Below are positions 63,058-64,000 of a DNA stretch of 64,000 bases, in pieces. How positions within the stretch are numbered: the stretch's first letter is position 1; the number at the start of each line of letters is the position of its first letter. The notes below the pieces were generated by a model that was not told the DNA's origin, searched no databases, and saw nothing but the letters and a program-made list of their open reading frames with translations. The translations under genes and the position numbers were made by a program. Location of the stretch: NCBI GenBank assembly GCA_003971905.1, contig RSEE01000052.1, forward strand, positions 248,001 to 312,000, given 5' to 3'. This DNA is from Moniliella sp. 'wahieum'. Taxonomy: Eukaryota.

Positions 63058-64000
63058 TCTGCCCTTCCCCTCGGCGGTGGTCCAAAACTGCAGTTTACCT
63101 CAGTTGGATGCAAGGTGGGGTCGTGGATACCATGGGTGGCGGTCGCGGGTACGCACTGCACTCTGCTGCCTTTAGCTTTTCCATGCCCCGGCACATGGAG
63201 CCCGCCCAGCCGGACGTGCCCTGGCCCCTCGACCCCAGCCAGCTCCTCAGCTACTTGTCCCTTGTGGAACCTAAATCGATCTACATTCCATCCAACGTTT
63301 TCCATGCAGATAGATAACGACCCGAGAAATCATGCGCGAGATCCAGTTGCGAAAAAATAGCGGGCTCAACGTTGAGTTCAAGCCCGACAGACATACACGA
63401 CCATGAGGGGGCCGACCGAGCTAAAATGGCGAACGAGAACGGCCAGAACGGGGACGAGACAGTGAGGCGTACGGAGACACATTGAGGAGGGAAAGGGGGG
63501 AGATGAAGAAGAGGGAGGCGGAGGAGCTGGGCGGGCGGAAGCAGAATGCTTAGCGGGACCCGAGATGGCGCGATGAATATCCAAATCCGACGGCAAATCG
63601 TCCGAACGGTCCCGATGCAAGCCTCCAAGGGAGAAGAGGGCGTAACCATCCGTCCACTGGCCACAGGGCGGTGGGCCGTGATGGGCGGGGTAAGCCCCGC
63701 GTCGGGTTCGAATCGAGTGGGAACGTGGGTACGAGAACGAGAACGAGTGTGGGCCGGGCAGCCGGTCCCAATCCACCGCTCTTCCCGCGGTGCATCCTGC
63801 GTCGCGCCACGCCACATCCATTCGGGCAACTGCCGTGCCACCTCGGTCGCAATCACGTTGCCCCCTCGCGAATGCTGGGTGTGGCCGAGGGGCGCTGGTC
63901 CACGACGTGCGAACCGAGTGGGGCTCCGGGGCAGACGTGCGCGCACGACGTGCGCGCTCCGCATGCTCGGCGGCACAGACGGCCGTTCACTTTCTCCTCT

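Noticed and set aside
63183..64000. Possible gene starting MPRHMEPAQPDVPWPLDP.. at the window end
   Set aside because: Frames are interrupted by several stops, no recognisable motif, and it is truncated by the window edge, so it cannot be called.

Overview
GC-rich, gene-dense, intron-poor eukaryotic DNA from a basidiomycete fungus, probably Ustilaginomycotina-like (inferred from gene content, intron structure and protein C-termini; the species cannot be determined). About 20 recognisable protein genes: ARO8-type aminotransferase, two tandem APT1 thioesterases, NAPE-PLD, WD40 protein, Na/Ca exchanger, MHYT-domain membrane sensor, hexokinase, Grg1, proteasome alpha2, ISU1, GEN1/Yen1, PFK-2/FBPase-2, Cbf1-like bHLH, PWI/CCCH/RRM protein, MCM6, GPI-type aspartic protease, neutral trehalase, COX12, PRP18, ALDH and PMI. 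There are also two intron-containing tRNA genes (Gln, Phe) and a gag-like orphan ORF upstream of tRNA-Gln. Nearly every gene, including essential ones, is broken by 1-2 nt indels, which points to uncorrected long-read errors rather than pseudogenes, so CDS coordinates are hand-stitched outer bounds. Most notable: (i) all 15 spliceosomal introns I could define start GTAYGY (10 are GTACGT), none GTRAGT; (ii) an intronless MHYT sensor with an unrecognised large cytoplasmic part, behind a 4.8 kb intergenic region with an inverted heptamer array; (iii) recurrent heptamer arrays and CDEI/E-box and MCB-like motif clusters in promoters. I found no unambiguous new multi-gene system.
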